Origin: an uncultured Methylophilaceae bacterium
GTDB lineage: Bacteria > Pseudomonadota > Gammaproteobacteria > Burkholderiales > Methylophilaceae
Length of the DNA stretch: 50,512 bases
Assembly (NCBI GenBank): GCA_903849185.1
Contig: CAINIH010000048.1
Location: forward strand, 1 to 50,512
Direction of reading: 5' to 3'
Part shown: piece by piece, positions 46,535-50,512 of the stretch
Position numbering within the stretch: position 1 is the stretch's first letter
Layout of the letters: every line of letters starts with the position of its first letter
Program-made: the position numbers and the translations under genes
Notes under the pieces: model-generated
What the model saw: only the letters and a program-made list of their open reading frames with translations
What the model was told of the DNA's origin: nothing
The model's database searches: none

Positions 46535-46598
46535 TGAATTTTTAAAGAGGTCTTAGGCATGTTTGAAGCCTAAAGTGTAACAAGAAACCAATAGATCA

Positions 46599-46835
46599 TT
46601 ATTTTTTACGGGCCTCAATCTCAGAGAGTTTCTTTTCTAACTCTTCTAATTTTTGACGAGTGCGTTTTAAGACTTCTGTTTGAACATCGAATTCTTCGCG
46701 GGTTACAAGCTCCATTTTAGTGAACATGCCCTTTAATAGTGCGTCGATATTCTTTTCAATATCAGGCAAGGGTGAATCCTTCACTATCTCTCTGATTTTA
46801 TTAGATATTTCGCTTAATTTTTCATTATTTAACAT
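46599..46835 (-). CDS. ubiK: Ubiquinone biosynthesis accessory factor (BMFP family)
   Basis: LVTREEFDVQTEVL plus C-terminal coiled coil; SD AAGGA; divergent from the glnK-amtB operon as is typical. Confidence 0.88.
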   Translation of the reverse strand: MLNNEKLSEISNKIREIVKDSPLPDIEKNIDALLKGMFTKMELVTREEFDVQTEVLKRTRQKLEELEKKLSEIEARKK

Positions 46836-46924
46836 GATAAATTTCCTTATGATTCAATAGTTTATCAGATTTAAACCCTTATTTAAGTGCATATTAGCCC
46901 TATGCTATCTATGGCGGTATTGAC

Positions 46925-46937
46925 TAAGTCATTGTTT
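46925..46937. promoter_or_regulatory. Possible IHF site
   Basis: TAAGTCATTGTTT matches YAANNNNTTGATW with one mismatch, just upstream of the sigma54 promoter. Confidence 0.35.
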
Positions 46938-46955
46938 TTTATGATACTTGTCAAG

Positions 46956-46972
46956 TTGGCACAGTAATTGCT
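46956..46972 (+). promoter_or_regulatory. Sigma54 (-24/-12) promoter
   Basis: TTGGCAC-AGTAA-TTGCT is an exact TGGCAC-N5-TTGC match upstream of porin-glnK-amtB. Confidence 0.85.
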
Positions 46973-47044
46973 TATATTATTGTGTGAATATAATAATAAC
47001 TAGTCACATTATTTTCAGAAAATTTTAACTAAGGAGTTTTAAAA

Positions 47045-47911
47045 ATGCGTAAATCGCTAATTACAACAGCAGTATTAGGAGCTCTTGCAGCACCTTCATT
47101 TGTTTTTGCAGCTGATGCTGCTCCAGCACCGGACTATACATTGGCTTATAACGTGGGTCTTTATAGTCAATATATTTTCCGTGGGCTCACACAAACAAAC
47201 CGTGATCCAGCCATTCAAGGTGGCATTGATTTCACTCACTCAAGCGGTTTTTATTTGGGTGCTTGGGCTTCAAATGTTAGCTGGTTAACTGACGGCGCTG
47301 ATGGGTTAAATACAGGTAAATTGTATCAATCTGGCGGAAGTCTTGAAACTGATTGGTACGGTGGCTATCGTTATACTTTTGATGACAAGTCTCCAATAGC
47401 TGGCTTAGGAGTTGATTTGGGTATTCTTGAATATTACTACCCAGGCCATCGCAATATGGCTATAGGCGCGCACACTGCAAACACAACGGAAGTTTATGGC
47501 GCTTTAAATTATGCTTGGGCTCAAGCAAAAATCTCTGCGGTTGTTAATAACACAGCATGGGGAACTGGCTCTTCTAATGCAAATAGTGATCAAAAAGGCA
47601 CTTACTATGCGGAGCTTAACTTGACTCCACCCATCAGCGATATGTTGGGCGTTAAAGATGGTTTAGCATCTGGCATTAGTGGAATTATCCACGTCGCACG
47701 TCAAGAATTTAGTGATGATGCAGCAGGATTAGTTGGCAATTCTGACCCTAGTTATACCGACTATAAACTTGGTTTAACTAAAGCTTTTTCTAATGGCGTT
47801 AATGTTGGTGGTTATTGGACCAAGGCTACAACAAAAGCAAATAACTGGACTTACGATAGTAAGAACATCGGTGATAGCACAGGTACAGTATACGTACAAA
47901 AAACGTTCTAA
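47045..47911 (+). CDS. TorF family putative porin
   Basis: Signal peptide, SQYIFRGLTQT..PAIQGGID..SGFYLGAWASNV, YYYP, C-terminal Phe; SD AAGGAG; upstream of glnK. Confidence 0.88.
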   Translation: MRKSLITTAVLGALAAPSFVFAADAAPAPDYTLAYNVGLYSQYIFRGLTQTNRDPAIQGGIDFTHSSGFYLGAWASNVSWLTDGADGLNTGKLYQSGGSLETDWYGGYRYTFDDKSPIAGLGVDLGILEYYYPGHRNMAIGAHTANTTEVYGALNYAWAQAKISAVVNNTAWGTGSSNANSDQKGTYYAELNLTPPISDMLGVKDGLASGISGIIHVARQEFSDDAAGLVGNSDPSYTDYKLGLTKAFSNGVNVGGYWTKATTKANNWTYDSKNIGDSTGTVYVQKTF

Positions 47912-47922
47912 AAGCAATTGTT

Positions 47923-47962
47923 AAGAATAGGGCCTAAGGCCAAGGCCCTTTCTTGATTTTTT
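47923..47962 (+). terminator. Intercistronic hairpin (weak terminator or mRNA stabiliser)
   Basis: AAGAA-T-AGGGCCT, loop AAGGCCA, AGGCCCT-TTCTT, then GATTTTTT. Confidence 0.5.
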
Positions 47963-47966
47963 ATAA

Positions 47967-48323
<357 letters not shown>

Positions 48324-48338
48324 TCAGAGGATCAAATT

Positions 48339-49856
48339 ATGAAAAAACTATTATCAACTTTCGCATTAATTAGCTTCTTATGCCTAAACTTCTTAGGTAT
48401 GACAAGTGTTAGTTTTGCTGATGAAGCAACTTCAGTGAAAGCTGCTGACGCTGTAACTTTAGTGGCAGATGCAACGCCTGCTGAAAAACCTGCTGAAGCA
48501 AAAAAAGATGAGCCTCCTGCACCGGTTCCTAACAAAGGTGATACTTCATGGATGATCGTAGCAACACTTTTAGTGACGCTTATGACAATCCCTGGCTTAG
48601 CACTTTTCTACGGTGGCTTAGTCCGATCAAAAAATATGTTGTCTGTCTTAATGCAAACATTTGTGATCTTCTCGCTTTGTGGTGTGTTATGGGCGATCTA
48701 CGGTTACAGTGTGGCATTCTCAGGCGGCACAGATATTCAAGGCGGTTTATTTCATCAAGTCTTTGGTGGCTTAAGCAAAGTATTCTTAGGTGGTATTACA
48801 CCTGACTCTGTAGCGGCAACGTTCAGTAAAGGTGTGGTCATTCCTGAGTATATTTTCGTAGCGTTCCAATTAACTTTCGCTGCGATTACACCAGCATTGA
48901 TCATTGGTGCGTTTGCAGAACGTATGAAATTTTCAGCGATTCTTCTCTTCATTGGACTTTGGTTCACATTTGCATACTTACCCATGGCACACATGGTGTG
49001 GTATTGGGATGGTCCAGATGCAATCACAAGTGCAAAAACACTTGAAACTGTATCAGCAAACGCTGGTTGGTTATGGGCGAAAGGTGCACTCGACTTTGCG
49101 GGTGGTACAGTCGTTCATATTAATGCAGGTATTGCAGCACTTGTAGCAGCTTTAGTATTAGGTAAGAGAATTGGTTACGGCAAAGAAGCGATGCCTCCAC
49201 ACAGCCTTACATTAACAATGGTAGGTGCATCATTACTATGGGTGGGTTGGTTTGGTTTCAATGCGGGTTCAAATCTTGAAGCAACAGGCTTAGCAGCATT
49301 AGCATTCGTAAACACGATGCTTGCAACGGCTGCTGCAACACTTTCATGGATGGCATTTGAATGGATCTTAAAATCAAAACCATCAATGTTAGGTGCAGCA
49401 TCAGGTGCAGTAGCAGGTCTTGTAGCCATTACGCCAGCATGTGGATTCGTGGGCCCTATGGGTGCACTCATCATCGGAGCAGGTGTAGCGCCTCTATGTT
49501 TATTCTTTGTATCTAAAGTTAAAAGTGCATTCGGTTACGACGACACGCTCGACGTATTCGGTGTACACGGTATCGGTGGTATCTTCGGTGCAATCATGAC
49601 CGGTGTATTCGTGAGTCCAGCTTTAGGTGGTACAGGGGTTTATGATTACGTTGCAAATAAAGTAGGTGAATTCGATATGCATGCACAAGTGATCTCTCAA
49701 CTTTGGGCAGTGGGTACAGCAATCGTAGTATCTGCAACCGTATCTTATGTAGCGTTAAAACTTATCGATATGACGATTGGTTTACGTGTGAAACCCGATG
49801 CTGAGCGTGAAGGCTTAGACATCGCTGAACACGGCGAACAGGCATATCATAAATAA
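48339..49856 (+). CDS. amtB: Ammonium transporter
   Basis: PGLALFYGG, FQLTFA, DFAGGTVVH, GWFGFNAGS, DDTLDVFGVHG, GLDIAEHGE; cleavable signal peptide. Confidence 0.97.
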   Translation: MKKLLSTFALISFLCLNFLGMTSVSFADEATSVKAADAVTLVADATPAEKPAEAKKDEPPAPVPNKGDTSWMIVATLLVTLMTIPGLALFYGGLVRSKNMLSVLMQTFVIFSLCGVLWAIYGYSVAFSGGTDIQGGLFHQVFGGLSKVFLGGITPDSVAATFSKGVVIPEYIFVAFQLTFAAITPALIIGAFAERMKFSAILLFIGLWFTFAYLPMAHMVWYWDGPDAITSAKTLETVSANAGWLWAKGALDFAGGTVVHINAGIAALVAALVLGKRIGYGKEAMPPHSLTLTMVGASLLWVGWFGFNAGSNLEATGLAALAFVNTMLATAAATLSWMAFEWILKSKPSMLGAASGAVAGLVAITPACGFVGPMGALIIGAGVAPLCLFFVSKVKSAFGYDDTLDVFGVHGIGGIFGAIMTGVFVSPALGGTGVYDYVANKVGEFDMHAQVISQLWAVGTAIVVSATVSYVALKLIDMTIGLRVKPDAEREGLDIAEHGEQAYHK

Positions 49857-49881
49857 AATATCCTGAAAGTAGTGGCTTCTC

Positions 49882-49909
49882 AAGGGCGCTTTTTAAGCGC
49901 CCTTTTTTT
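49882..49909 (+). terminator. Rho-independent terminator
   Basis: AAGGGCGCTT-TTT-AAGCGCCCTT followed by a T run, 25 nt after the amtB stop. Confidence 0.9.
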
Positions 49910-49948
49910 ATCTCTTAAATACTAAATCTTAAAGTTATAATAGACACC

Positions 49949-50512
49949 ATGTTTAAAAAGTTTTCTTTTTTCAATCCCACATTTCTTAAGAATGCTTTTT
50001 TACTCATTTTAAGTCCCAAGCTTTTTTTTAGTCACGGACATACCCCCCCAAAAAACCATAAAATCCCGCGTCACTTTTTTGGATTAAGTTTGACCATTGA
50101 AGATTTAATCGAAGACCCCATGGGTGTAGTTGAAATGTGTCGCCAGCATCACATTCAAGATGCCAGTATTCTTATTCCATCCAATCGCATCAGTGAATTT
50201 AGTCCTACATTCTTAGATGATTTAATTAACCACAATATTAAATTTAATCTCAAACTGGTGCTCATTGATCAGGAAGATATTTACTTACAATGGAGAGAAC
50301 TCTTAGATCTTACTTTGCTGGGCTACCAATCCCACATTGCATCCATTGAAATTGAAATGACCGGCTTTAGTCATCAAGCATTAGAAGTATTCTTAAATAT
50401 TTGGGCTATGACTTTTAACATTGCACGACTTAAAAAAATTAAAGTGGCTGGGCCTTCTATGCCCTCATTTAGCCCTTTCTTTAATGATATGGTATTTCAA
50501 CTCCTAAAAGAC
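49949..50512 (+). CDS. Hypothetical protein, partial (possibly degenerate glycoside-hydrolase-like TIM barrel)
   Basis: Hand translation is open for 188 codons to the window end (MFKKFSFFNPTFLKNAF..HKIPRHFFGLS..IEIEM..KVAGPS). TATAAT lies 7 nt upstream. Not in the ORF track. Confidence 0.7.
   Translation, partial: MFKKFSFFNPTFLKNAFLLILSPKLFFSHGHTPPKNHKIPRHFFGLSLTIEDLIEDPMGVVEMCRQHHIQDASILIPSNRISEFSPTFLDDLINHNIKFNLKLVLIDQEDIYLQWRELLDLTLLGYQSHIASIEIEMTGFSHQALEVFLNIWAMTFNIARLKKIKVAGPSMPSFSPFFNDMVFQLLKD

Noticed and set aside
46535-46598. SAH or cobalamin riboswitch upstream of metH
   Set aside because: Only 64 bp with no recognisable conserved core; just a 6-bp inverted repeat (TTAGGC..GCCTAA) of unclear meaning.
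46983-47008. TGTGA..TCACA as a CRP site
   Set aside because: The spacer is 16 nt rather than 6, and it lies downstream of the sigma54 promoter.
50021-50055. T8 and C7A6 homopolymers as a phase-variation tract
   Set aside because: The runs are short for an AT-rich genome and the reading frame is intact.

Overview
An AT-rich, very tightly packed stretch of core betaproteobacterial chromosome. Gene content, protein style and extreme compaction suggest a genome-streamlined Methylophilaceae such as 'Ca. Methylopumilus'; this is an inference, not a database match. The window holds about 48 CDSs in this order: partial porin, dgt-aroB-aroK, mrcA, hemB, trpCDGE-rpe, hemA-prfA-prmC-metX-metW-ampG, xth/pyrE, gatCAB, then a 16-gene run (mreBCD-mrdA-rodA-rlpA-ybeD-lipBA-gshAB-apbE-NusG domain II-Gx transporter-lptM-lysA), then purU, ispH-nudB-nadA-HIT, ferredoxin-TonB-mpl-metH-ubiK, a sigma54-type TorF porin-glnK-amtB operon and a partial unknown gene. 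I see no rRNA, tRNA, CRISPR array, transposase, integrase or defence island, and I cannot claim a clearly new system. Best leads: (i) a structured, possibly switchable leader upstream of the porin; (ii) an ApbE/NusG-II/Gx flavinylation module with no substrate in view; (iii) a nucleotidyltransferase-like protein lacking catalytic aspartates; (iv) streamlining signatures, including missing pilMNOPQ, gph and dacA, overlap of all five convergent gene pairs, and probable leaderless promoters; (v) three CDSs absent from the ORF track.
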